DNA of 21,882 bases, from contig JACRKZ010000092.1 in assembly GCA_016235455.1 (NCBI GenBank), positions 1-21,882 of the forward strand, given 5' to 3'. This stretch comes from Armatimonadota bacterium. Lineage in GTDB: Bacteria; Armatimonadota; UBA10988. This document shows, piece after piece, positions 1-7,406 of the stretch (position 1 is the stretch's first letter; every line of letters starts with the position of its first letter). The translations under genes and the position numbers were made by a program. Below the pieces are notes generated by a model that ran no database searches, had not been told where the DNA came from, and was given only the letters and a program-made list of their open reading frames with translations.

Positions 1-1208
1 AAGGTCTTGATCGGGCCGTCGGCCGAGGCGGTGCGCCCGTTCACGGTGATCTCGTTGAAGAACCGCTCAACCCGGCGGGTGTGCATGAGGTTGTCGGTGT
101 AGTACGGCGGGATGTGGCACGGCGCGCATTGACCCCGGCCAAAGAAGACGTCCTGACCGCGCAGTTCGCTGGCCGTGGCCAGCGCGGGCGTGAGCCGGCC
201 GAACAGGTTGAGCTTGGGCGCCGGCGGGAAGTCGAGGAGCGACTCGAACTCAGCCATGAAGTGCACCTGGCTGCCGCGTTCGAGCACATTGATGCCCTTG
301 CGCGCCGCGTCGGCCGGGATGCCGTCGAAGTAGGCGGCGCGCTGCTCGAACTCGGTGAAGTCTTCGACACTCTTGATGGCCCGCTGCGAGCCGAACAGGC
401 GCTGCACGTTGAGGCCGCGCAAGGTGGGCGTGTCGATACGATGCCGATGCTCGTTGGGCCGAATGTCGCCGACCGTGTGTGTGGCTGAGTTGGTGTGGCC
501 GTTGGCGTGGCAGTTGAAGCAGGCCACGCCGGGATGAGCCTTGAGGCTGCGGCGGTCCTCGGTGCCGTTGAACTGCTGCTGCGGGAACGGTGTGACCAGC
601 AGCCGCAGGCCCTCGAGCTGCTTGGGATTGAGGATGTCGCGGAACACGCTGTCGTAGTTGGCCAGCGTGATCAGCTTGCCCTGCGACACGTCGCCCAGGT
701 CGGGCCGCGTGGTCAGGTAGATGGCGGCAGGGAACTCGGGCAGGAAGTGGTCGGGCAGATCGAAGTCCAGGTCGAAGCGGGTCAGATCGCGATCGGTCTG
801 CCGGCGGACCTCTTCGATGGTCGAGGTTGGGAAGATCATGCCGCCGGCCTCGTGGTGCGGATGGGGCAGCGGCAGGAAGCCCGCCGGCCACAACTGCTGA
901 GCCTTGACCTGCTCGGGCGGCAGCGCGGCCAGCCTGGCCCAGGTGGTGCCCGCGGCGAGCTTGGTCCGCACGCCGCCCTGCACCCGCTTGCCGCGCGACA
1001 TGCGGATGTCGCCCGCCGCCTGGTTGCCCAGGTCGTAGCGGGCCGTGAGCATGGCCTGCTGACGCGCGGCGAAGCTCGCCTTCTCGCCTTGGAGGCGCTT
1101 GACCAGCGCCGCGAAGTCTTCTTCGGCGCGGACGGCCGGCGCCACGCCGACCAGTGCCGCGAGCGGCAGAACGGCGGACATCAGACGGACTCGGTTCCAG
1201 ACAGACAT
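1..1208 (-). CDS. Di-heme cytochrome c peroxidase-like secreted protein (often annotated 'cytochrome B6'); 3' end runs off the window
   Basis: Not in the ORF track because no stop codon lies in the window. ATG at 1208 follows RBS AGGGAGGAAG. Signal-peptide-like N-terminus MSVWNRVRLMSAVLPLAALVGVAPAVRA. Two in-frame CxxCH motifs, CFNCH (507-521) and CAPCH (114-128), plus a DTPTLRG motif typical of the CCP/MauG family. Confidence 0.85.
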   Translation of the reverse strand, partial: MSVWNRVRLMSAVLPLAALVGVAPAVRAEEDFAALVKRLQGEKASFAARQQAMLTARYDLGNQAAGDIRMSRGKRVQGGVRTKLAAGTTWARLAALPPEQVKAQQLWPAGFLPLPHPHHEAGGMIFPTSTIEEVRRQTDRDLTRFDLDFDLPDHFLPEFPAAIYLTTRPDLGDVSQGKLITLANYDSVFRDILNPKQLEGLRLLVTPFPQQQFNGTEDRRSLKAHPGVACFNCHANGHTNSATHTVGDIRPNEHRHRIDTPTLRGLNVQRLFGSQRAIKSVEDFTEFEQRAAYFDGIPADAARKGINVLERGSQVHFMAEFESLLDFPPAPKLNLFGRLTPALATASELRGQDVFFGRGQCAPCHIPPYYTDNLMHTRRVERFFNEITVNGRTASADGPIKT

Positions 1209-1250
1209 AACTTCCTCCCTTTGGCGCAGGAACGTGGCGTGGCGAACGGC

Positions 1251-2021
1251 TCAGCGCCGCAGCATCGCCGCAGCGCTTTCGGCCACCCAGTAGCCGGGCA
1301 GGCCGTAGTGCCGATGGAGCAGTTGCTCGTACTCCGTTGTGATCGCGTCGCCGTCGCGGTACTCGGGCGCGTCCTTGATGGCGGCGCGAGGCAGGTGGAC
1401 GAAGACTTTGCGTTCGGTCCAACTGACCTGCTCGATCCAGCGCGGCGCGATGAGCACTCGCTTGCCGGGCCACCAGTTGAAGGTGTCGACGATCAGGTAG
1501 CGGATGGCCCAGGTCTGGTCATCGATGACGAAGTCGACCACATGGCCGATCTGACCGTCCTGGGCCTGGATATGGTGACCATGGACGTCGTTGGTGCTGC
1601 GCAGATAGGGGTCCCAGGCGTCCGCCGGCTCGGCCGGCGGCTCGGTCGGGTAGGGCTCACGCGGAATATAGTTGAACGGTCCCCACATCGATGAGCCCGA
1701 CCAGTAGACCGGCCAGCCGTAGTAGCCGTGGTAGGTCTCTTCGAACTGGCGCGACACAGGCTTGTCGGTGGCCAGCGCCGGGCTGTCCTCAATCTGCTTG
1801 CTGGTCAGCGCGACGACGATCCGTTGCTCGGCCTCCTGCACCTCCACCAGCGCATAAGGCGAGATGAGCACCTGCCGGTCGGTGAGCCAGGTGCCGGTAT
1901 CGGCCACCAGGTAGCGCACCGTCCAGTGCCGATCATCGAAGAAGAACTCGGCCACGGTGCCCATATGGCCGTCCAGGCTGGCCAAGGTGTATCCCTTGAG
2001 TGTGTTGGCTGTGCGTAACAT
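1251..2021 (-). CDS. Tandem PRC-barrel domain protein
   Basis: Two PRC-barrel-like repeats (DGHMGTVAEFFFDDRHWTVRYLVADTGTWL and DGQIGHVVDFVIDDQTWAIRYLIVDTFNWWPG) with HYGLPGYW near the end. ATG at 2021 preferred over the ORF-track start at 2138 because a purine-rich AGGAAG lies upstream. Confidence 0.88.
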   Translation of the reverse strand: MLRTANTLKGYTLASLDGHMGTVAEFFFDDRHWTVRYLVADTGTWLTDRQVLISPYALVEVQEAEQRIVVALTSKQIEDSPALATDKPVSRQFEETYHGYYGWPVYWSGSSMWGPFNYIPREPYPTEPPAEPADAWDPYLRSTNDVHGHHIQAQDGQIGHVVDFVIDDQTWAIRYLIVDTFNWWPGKRVLIAPRWIEQVSWTERKVFVHLPRAAIKDAPEYRDGDAITTEYEQLLHRHYGLPGYWVAESAAAMLRR

Positions 2022-2275
2022 GGTGGCGCGATCACTTCCTGAGGCAGCGGCGCTGCTCGACGGCGTCGAGCAGGCCATGGCTGCACACCCCCATGGTGCC
2101 GTGCCGACCCAGGGCCCGGCGCCATGGCAAGTCGCCATTCGGCCCCGTGGAAGACCGTAGATCGCACCTCAAAACGCTGCCTCGAGCGCTCGCTTGCGGC
2201 GCGCCTTTAGCGGCCGCGCGCCATCGGGCTACAAGGGTGACCTCGGCCGCCGATCGCGGCTGCCGAGCAGAGCAT

Positions 2276-2399
2276 GGCGACCATAGCTCAGTGGGTAGAG
2301 CACGCAACAGCGGTCCGCTCCAACTTGCCCGCGAGGGCTGATTGCAGACTGTTCTCGATTACAACGACGGGGTCGTGGGTTCGAATCCCACTGGTCGCC
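2276..2399 (+). ncRNA. tRNA-mimic Y RNA (YrlA-like) in canonical tRNA connectivity
   Basis: Acceptor stem GGCGACCA (2276-2283)/TGGTCGCC (2392-2399); TA linker; D arm GCTC-AGTGGGTA-GAGC (2286-2301); variable loop GGGTC; T arm GTGGG-TTCGAAT-CCCAC (2375-2391). The anticodon arm is replaced by about 67 nt containing CAACTTGCCC-GCGA-GGGCTGATTG. No CCA is encoded. It lies about 110 nt upstream of a Ro60 gene. Confidence 0.8.
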
Positions 2400-2401
2400 C
2401 T

Positions 2402-2473
2402 GGTGAGGGCTGAAGGGCTTGGGTTATCGCATGAACCGATGAACCCCCAGGCCCGCGCACTTGCCCTCACCTT
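2402..2473 (+). ncRNA. Second candidate Y RNA (conventional stem-loop topology, YrlB/Yrn-like)
   Basis: Helices GGTGAGGGC (2402-2410)/GCCCTCACC (2463-2471), GGGCTTGGG (2415-2423)/CCCAGGCCC (2446-2454) and ATCG (2426-2429)/CGAT (2437-2440). The junction GGGC-T-GAAG...CA-CTT-GCCC resembles the metazoan Y RNA Ro site GGUC-C-GAAG...CACUU-GACU. Confidence 0.68.
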
Positions 2474-2511
2474 CACGCCAATGGACATGCCCCACGAAAG
2501 GAGGGGCCAAG

Positions 2512-4125
2512 ATGCGCTACACACAGCACTACAGCAAGCTGAAGACGTCCCAGGCCAAGCCGCTCGCCGGCCGGGCCATGGTGGCCAACGACGCCGGCGG
2601 TTATGTCTTCGCCGTCAGCGACTGGACGCGCCTGCGGCGCTTCCTGATCCTCGGCAGCGAGGGCGGCACCTACTACGCCGGCGAGCGCGTCGTCACCATC
2701 GACAACGCCAAGGCGGTCGAACGGTGCCTGGCCGCCGACGGCCCGCGTGTGGTCCGCGAGGTGCTCGCGGTCAGCGAGGGCGGATGCGCGCCGCGCAACG
2801 ATCCGGCGCTGTTCGTGCTGGCGCTCTGCACCACCGGCGACGAGGCCACGCGGCGCGAGGCGTTCGCCGTCCTGCCGCGGGTGGCGCGTACCGGCACGCA
2901 CCTGTTCACCTTCGTGACCTACATGAAGGACCTGCGTGGCTGGGGCAAGCTGGCGCACCGTGGCCTGGCCCGGTGGTATGTCGAGCGCGACCTGCACGAC
3001 CTGGAGCTGCAACTGGCCAAGTACCAGGGCCGCTCGCAGGCCGGTGAGCGCTGGACACACCGCGACGTGCTGCGTAAGGCCCGGCCGAAGGTCGAGGCCG
3101 GACCGCGCAACGCCGCGCTGGCCTGGGCCGTGGGCCATGAGGCCGACCTGGACGGTCTGCCGCTGCTGGCCGCCGTCGAGGCGGTGCGGCATGCCGAGCG
3201 CGTGGACGACGTGGTGCGGCTCATCGAGACCGCGCACCTGCCGCGCGAGTGCGTGCCGACGCAGTGGCTGACCGAGCCGGCGGTGTGGCTCGCCCTGCTG
3301 CCGCAGATGCCGCCCATGGCGCTGCTGCGCAACTTGGCCAAGCTGGCCGGGCTGGGCCTGCTGGCTGGCCGGTCCGAGGCCTGCGAATGGGTGGCGAAGC
3401 GGTTCGCGCGCGAGTCGCTGCTCCGCGCGCGGCTGCATCCGCTGGCCATCCTGCTGGGTCTGCGACAGTTCGCCCAGGGCCGGGGCGACAAGGGCCGCCT
3501 GACCTGGCCGGTGGCGCCGCAGGTGGTGGACGTGCTCGGGCAGGCTTTCCACGACGCCTTCGCCGTGGTTGAGCCGACCGGACGGCGACTGCTGCTGGCG
3601 GTCGACTGCTCGGGCTCGATGGACGGCACCTACATCGCGGGCACGTCGCTGTCGGCGCGTGAGGCGGCCGGCGCGCTGGCCATGGTCACGGCGGCTGTGG
3701 AGCCGTCGTGCCAGGTGGTCGGCTTCACCGCGGGGCCGCACCGTGACCGGTACGGGTTCGGCAGCGGCCTGACCGCGCTGGACATCTCGGCCCGGCGGCG
3801 GCTCGACGACGTGCTGCGCGTCATGCGTGGCGTGCCGTTCGGCGGCACCGACTGCGCGCTGCCGATGCTCTGGGCAACCGAGCAGCGGCTGGCGGTCGAT
3901 GCGTTCGTCGTCATCACGGACAACGAGACCTGGGCGGGCAGCATTCACCCGACTCAGGCGTTGGCCGAGTACCGCCAGAAGACGGGCCTGCCCGCCAAGC
4001 TGGCGGTGATGGCGCTGACGTCCACGGGCTACAGCATCGCCGACCCGGACGATGCGGGCCAGATGGACATGGTCGGCTTCGACACCGCCACGCCGACGGT
4101 GCTGGCCGACTTCCTGCGGGGGTGA
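2512..4125 (+). CDS. rsr: Ro60/Rsr ribonucleoprotein (TROVE domain + VWA domain)
   Basis: ATG at 2512 follows AAAGGAGG. TROVE motifs NDAGGYVF, RLRRFLILGSEGGTYY, RTGTHLFTF, KY...WTHRDVLR, MALLRNL and RLHPL. VWA MIDAS DCSGSM, plus GGTDCALPM, ITDNETW and IADPDD...GFD. Confidence 0.95.
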   Translation: MRYTQHYSKLKTSQAKPLAGRAMVANDAGGYVFAVSDWTRLRRFLILGSEGGTYYAGERVVTIDNAKAVERCLAADGPRVVREVLAVSEGGCAPRNDPALFVLALCTTGDEATRREAFAVLPRVARTGTHLFTFVTYMKDLRGWGKLAHRGLARWYVERDLHDLELQLAKYQGRSQAGERWTHRDVLRKARPKVEAGPRNAALAWAVGHEADLDGLPLLAAVEAVRHAERVDDVVRLIETAHLPRECVPTQWLTEPAVWLALLPQMPPMALLRNLAKLAGLGLLAGRSEACEWVAKRFARESLLRARLHPLAILLGLRQFAQGRGDKGRLTWPVAPQVVDVLGQAFHDAFAVVEPTGRRLLLAVDCSGSMDGTYIAGTSLSAREAAGALAMVTAAVEPSCQVVGFTAGPHRDRYGFGSGLTALDISARRRLDDVLRVMRGVPFGGTDCALPMLWATEQRLAVDAFVVITDNETWAGSIHPTQALAEYRQKTGLPAKLAVMALTSTGYSIADPDDAGQMDMVGFDTATPTVLADFLRG

Positions 4126-4133
4126 GCCGCACA

Positions 4134-4167
4134 TCGTAGGGGCGACCAGGGCTGGTCGCTCCTACGA
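4134..4167. repeat. GTAG-type REP-like palindrome / probable bidirectional terminator between convergent genes
   Basis: TCGTAGGGGCGACCAG (4134-4149) and CTGGTCGCTCCTACGA (4152-4167) pair at 15 of 16 positions plus one G-U. Shares the GTAGGGGCGACC core with 7220-7325 and overlaps the VOC gene stop codon. Confidence 0.75.
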
Positions 4168-4590
4168 CGTGTTGGCCCAGTCCGTGTACCGCGTCTCCTC
4201 CGGCACGTCGGTGGGGCTCTCGAACTCCAGCCGGTACCCGTCGGGGTCGACCAGGTCGACCACCCACAGGCCGTTGCCCACGAACGGCTCGGCGCAAACG
4301 ACGCCACGGGCGGTGAACTCGTGGTACAACGCCAGCGCGTCGGCGCACATGAGGCACACCGTCACGCCCTCGCCCAGCCGGCCCGCGGGCCGCTGGTGGA
4401 ACTGCTGGAGCATGAGGCCCACGCCGTCGCGCTCCACCCGACACCAGCGCAACTCGCCGCCCGGCGACCAGTGCAGGGGCATGGCAAAGCCGAGGCCCTC
4501 GGTGTAGAACCGCGCCGAGGCCTGCATATCGGTCACGCCGAGGAACGGCACGGCTTCGCGCAGATTGGGCTGCTCGCCGGTGTCACTCAC
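4162..4590 (-). CDS. VOC/glyoxalase/bleomycin-resistance family protein
   Basis: Motifs AVPFLGVTDMQASARFYTEGLGF and DPDGYRLEF. GTG start at 4590 with GGAGGG RBS is preferred over the ORF-track start. Confidence 0.88.
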   Translation of the reverse strand: MSDTGEQPNLREAVPFLGVTDMQASARFYTEGLGFAMPLHWSPGGELRWCRVERDGVGLMLQQFHQRPAGRLGEGVTVCLMCADALALYHEFTARGVVCAEPFVGNGLWVVDLVDPDGYRLEFESPTDVPEETRYTDWANTS

Positions 4591-4630
4591 GGCCCGGCCC
4601 TCCATCTCCATGCCGCTGCATGGTTGCCTG

Positions 4631-5986
4631 TCAGATGCCGTAGAAGGCGTCGAGCCAGTCGGCCCAGCCGGACGGCGCGGCCCAGTCCTGCACACGGTAC
4701 GCGGCGCGCAGCAACGACCAGGCGTCGCTCGTGGTGGCGGGCGTGTTGTTGGGCAGGAACACGGCCAGGCCGTGCGAGCCGGCGTCCGAGGCGGCGCCGT
4801 TCACGTTGGTGTCGACATGCGCCTCGGCCACCAGCGCCGCGCTGACCGCCGCGGCCACCGCGTTGCCGGCGGTGGTGAGCTGGGCGTCGCCCGTGCCCGC
4901 CGCCACGCGCTCGGTGAAGTCGACCAGGTCCCTCATGCCTTCGTAGTCGGCTGGGTCGCCGCCAGCGTAGTCCTGCGTGTTGGCGCGCGCCGTGGCGATG
5001 GCGTTGTGGTACGCGCCGTCCTTGGCCACCAGCAGGTCGGCATAGGTGTTGGCGGCCGTGGCCACCGCGCCCAACGCACTGGTGCGGATGGCCGACTGGG
5101 TCAGGCTGCTCTGGGTGTGGTCGGCATAGGCCTGGGTCGCGTACAACCGCACGATGTCGCCGGCGACCTGCGCCGGCGTGCGGCTCGCATCGGCCATCAG
5201 CGGCGCCAGGATGGTCTGGTATGGGTAGCCTTCGTCCGGCGTCGCGTCCTCGCCGGCGACGACGTAGTCGCAGACGTTGCGCACGGCATAGGCCACTTCG
5301 GCCATCTGCATGTTGCAGGCGTCCATCATCAACAGGTCGATCTTGGTCGACGCGGTCAGCGCCGCGGCCATCTGCTCATTGTGCAGATAGGCCGAGTAAG
5401 TGTCCGAGTAGAGGATGCCGCGCGACACATTGGCGCCGGCGGTGCGGCCGATGGGCCGCCAGCCCGAGCCATGGTCCCACAGGTCGAGCGCGTAGTGGTC
5501 AGCGGGGTAGTTCGCCTGGCACCAGGCCACGAAGCTCTGCACCGTCGAGACCTGACCCATGTCCAGGTTGCCCAGGTCCGTGGCCTGGCCACCGCTGCTC
5601 TCGCTGGCCAGCAGCGACGACACGTAGGCATTGCGCGACGACGAGTGGTGAACGACGAAGCGGCGCGCGCGCGGCGCCGTGCTGCTCGCGCTGGGGAAGC
5701 CGCGCAGGCACTTCATCAGGCAGACCAGGTTGACTTCCGCGTTGTCGGGCAGCTGTTCGAGCTGGTCGAGGTTGAGCAGCGCGTCCTGCCACAGGTTGTT
5801 GTCGGCGTCGATGTACAGCATGATGGTCCACGCCGCGCGCGTGCCTCCGCCGCCACCGCCGTTGTTGTTGGTGCCAGAGGATCCGCCGCCGCAGGCGCCC
5901 ACCAGCGGCACCGCCGCCAGCGCCAGCAACATCGCCACCCGCTTGACATATCGTCCGAACCGGCTGCCGGTCGTCACCGAGTCCAT
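4631..5986 (-). CDS. Clostripain family (peptidase C11) cysteine protease, probable lipoprotein
   Basis: WTIMLYIDADNNL, YPADHYALDLWDHGSGW (catalytic His), DLLMMDACNM (catalytic Cys). Lipobox LVGA-C followed by a Gly/Ser/Asn linker. ATG at 5986 with a GAGGAG RBS. Confidence 0.9.
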   Translation of the reverse strand: MDSVTTGSRFGRYVKRVAMLLALAAVPLVGACGGGSSGTNNNGGGGGGTRAAWTIMLYIDADNNLWQDALLNLDQLEQLPDNAEVNLVCLMKCLRGFPSASSTAPRARRFVVHHSSSRNAYVSSLLASESSGGQATDLGNLDMGQVSTVQSFVAWCQANYPADHYALDLWDHGSGWRPIGRTAGANVSRGILYSDTYSAYLHNEQMAAALTASTKIDLLMMDACNMQMAEVAYAVRNVCDYVVAGEDATPDEGYPYQTILAPLMADASRTPAQVAGDIVRLYATQAYADHTQSSLTQSAIRTSALGAVATAANTYADLLVAKDGAYHNAIATARANTQDYAGGDPADYEGMRDLVDFTERVAAGTGDAQLTTAGNAVAAAVSAALVAEAHVDTNVNGAASDAGSHGLAVFLPNNTPATTSDAWSLLRAAYRVQDWAAPSGWADWLDAFYGI

Positions 5987-6088
5987 TGCACAACTCCTCA
6001 CCGTCTGGGGTCGAGCGCCCTGGCCTTGGTTACAGGCGCCGCATCCTCCAACGCCCACGGCACCAACCGGCTTCAGCCCAACCCGGCG

Positions 6089-7195
6089 CTAAGCCAGCGC
6101 GTGGTGCAGATGGTGCACGAAGGTCGCGTTGTCCGCCTGGACGTAGTGCAGGTCGCCGCCCATGCGCGCGTAGCTCTTGCAGAAGCGCAGGTAGTAGGCC
6201 GCACTGGTCTTGGGCGGTTCGCCCTGGGTCCAGTCCCAGCCGCCGCCGTCCTGCAGGTCGACCACATAGAGGCTGTGCCCGCTGACGATGGGCCGCCCGG
6301 CTTGCAGGCGCAGGTTGTTCACGCAGCTCAGGCTCTTCTCGAAGACTTGCGGTCCCATGATGGCTGTGCCCACCGACAGCACCACGCCTCCGTCCAGGCT
6401 GTCCACCGCGGCGCCGAACCGCGCGAAGTCGATGTTCGCCGCGCGTCCGACCGCCGCGCCGCTGTACCAAGGGTGGCAGGCGATGATGTCGTAACCGATG
6501 CCCGGGTGCACGGTCCACGGCACGCCGGCCGCATAGGCCTGCGCGGCGACGGAGGCGTGCCGGTAGCGGTGTGCCACGTTGACCCGGCCGTCGGGCAGGC
6601 TGGGCAGCCGGTGCCTGGCGGCCAGCAACTCGGCCACGCCCGGCAGCCGGGGGTCGTCGTCGCCCATCAGCGATATTTGCTCGCGCAGCTCCTCGGTGGT
6701 GGGCACATCGATGCCATCCTCGGCGATGAACCGCCCGATGGCCTGGCCATAGCCTTCGCCGCGCGTGCCGGCCACGAGCAGGGCCAGGTTGAGCGCATCG
6801 CCGGTCTCGCGCCAGGTGCCAAAGGTGCCCGTGGCCACGTTCTCGCGCACGCTCTCCGAGGTCTTGGCCTGCCACGAGAACTCCCAGTCGTGGATGGAGC
6901 CGGCGCCGTTGGTGGCCAGGTGGGTCAGCCAGCCGCCGCGCATCAGCTCGCCCAGCAACTGGCCCGCGCCATTGCGCAGCAGATGCGCGCCGTAGAGGAG
7001 CATGACGCCCGCGCCGCGCGCGCGCGCGGCACGGATGGCCTCGACGCACGAGGCGACCTGCGCCGCGCCGGCCTCGTTTATCGGGCCGGGCGCCGAGGCC
7101 GGGTCGATGAGCACATCCTCCAGCCGCGACAGATGGCGGCGCTCGGCGAGCGGGAAGACGCGGAGGTGAGAGAGGTCGATACGATCGCTGGCCAT
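6089..7195 (-). CDS. Uncharacterised protein with deoxyhypusine-synthase-like (DHS-like NAD-binding) fold
   Basis: Motifs GAHLLRNG...LTHLATNGAGSIHDWE, PWTVHPGIGYDI and GGVVLSVGTAIMGPQVFEK resemble DHS-like proteins as I recall them. ATG at 7195 with a GAGGT RBS. Confidence 0.6.
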   Translation of the reverse strand: MASDRIDLSHLRVFPLAERRHLSRLEDVLIDPASAPGPINEAGAAQVASCVEAIRAARARGAGVMLLYGAHLLRNGAGQLLGELMRGGWLTHLATNGAGSIHDWEFSWQAKTSESVRENVATGTFGTWRETGDALNLALLVAGTRGEGYGQAIGRFIAEDGIDVPTTEELREQISLMGDDDPRLPGVAELLAARHRLPSLPDGRVNVAHRYRHASVAAQAYAAGVPWTVHPGIGYDIIACHPWYSGAAVGRAANIDFARFGAAVDSLDGGVVLSVGTAIMGPQVFEKSLSCVNNLRLQAGRPIVSGHSLYVVDLQDGGGWDWTQGEPPKTSAAYYLRFCKSYARMGGDLHYVQADNATFVHHLHHALA

Positions 7196-7219
7196 GGTTA
7201 CCTCGACGGGACAAGGGCC

Positions 7220-7325
7220 CCCTCGTAGGGGCGACCCTCCGTGGTCGCCCCATGCCCGGCGCCGTACGCTGATGCGAGCTGACCGCGCGTGGCTGGGCGA
7301 CCACGGCGGGTCGCCCCTACGAGGG
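7220..7325. repeat. REPIN-like inverted doublet of GTAG-type REPs
   Basis: CCCTCGTAGGGGCGACCCTCCGTGGTCGCCC (7220-7250) and GGGCGACCACGGCGGGTCGCCCCTACGAGGG (7295-7325) match at 30 of 31 positions as an inverted pair. Each arm is itself a hairpin (GGGCGACC...GGTCGCCC) flanked by GTAG. Confidence 0.88.
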
Positions 7326-7406
7326 AGGCGTGCCTGTCCGGCAGTGTACACCAACCGGACAAGGACTCTGAGCGCACCCCGCGAACACGGCCGCGTGGAG
7401 TCCAAG

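Noticed and set aside
495-1694. 399-aa + strand ORF and the 407-aa - strand ORF at 250-1473
   Set aside because: Shadow frames of the cytochrome c peroxidase-like and PRC-barrel genes, with no motifs. Long stop-free frames are expected in high-GC DNA.
2074-2128. Three CCATGG palindromes upstream of the PRC-barrel gene as an operator array
   Set aside because: Short, irregularly spaced and plausible by chance, with no regulator nearby.
2312-2350. GGTCCG...GACT as the Ro-binding site with a metazoan-like bulged C
   Set aside because: It lacks the following GA(A) and the opposite CUU, and it is absent from RNA 2. The GGGCTGA/ACTTGCCC motif shared by both RNAs is the better candidate. A secondary site is not excluded.
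2276-2399. Functional tRNA or intron-containing tRNA
   Set aside because: The would-be anticodon stem (CGCAA 2303-2307 against CGACG 2365-2369) pairs at only 2 positions, no 7-nt anticodon loop can be rebuilt, and the insert is too short for a group I intron.
2375-2430. Conventional YrlA order using GCCCT-GGTG-AGGGC (2397-2410) as a closed acceptor stem after the T arm
   Set aside because: No D-arm-like sequence follows, and this hairpin would disrupt two longer helices of 8 and 9 bp.
2473-4134. 553-aa ORF antisense to rsr
   Set aside because: Mirror frame of a GC3-rich gene with no recognisable domain.
4565-7228. 887-aa + strand ORF
   Set aside because: Antisense to the clostripain and DHS-like genes, with no domain signal.
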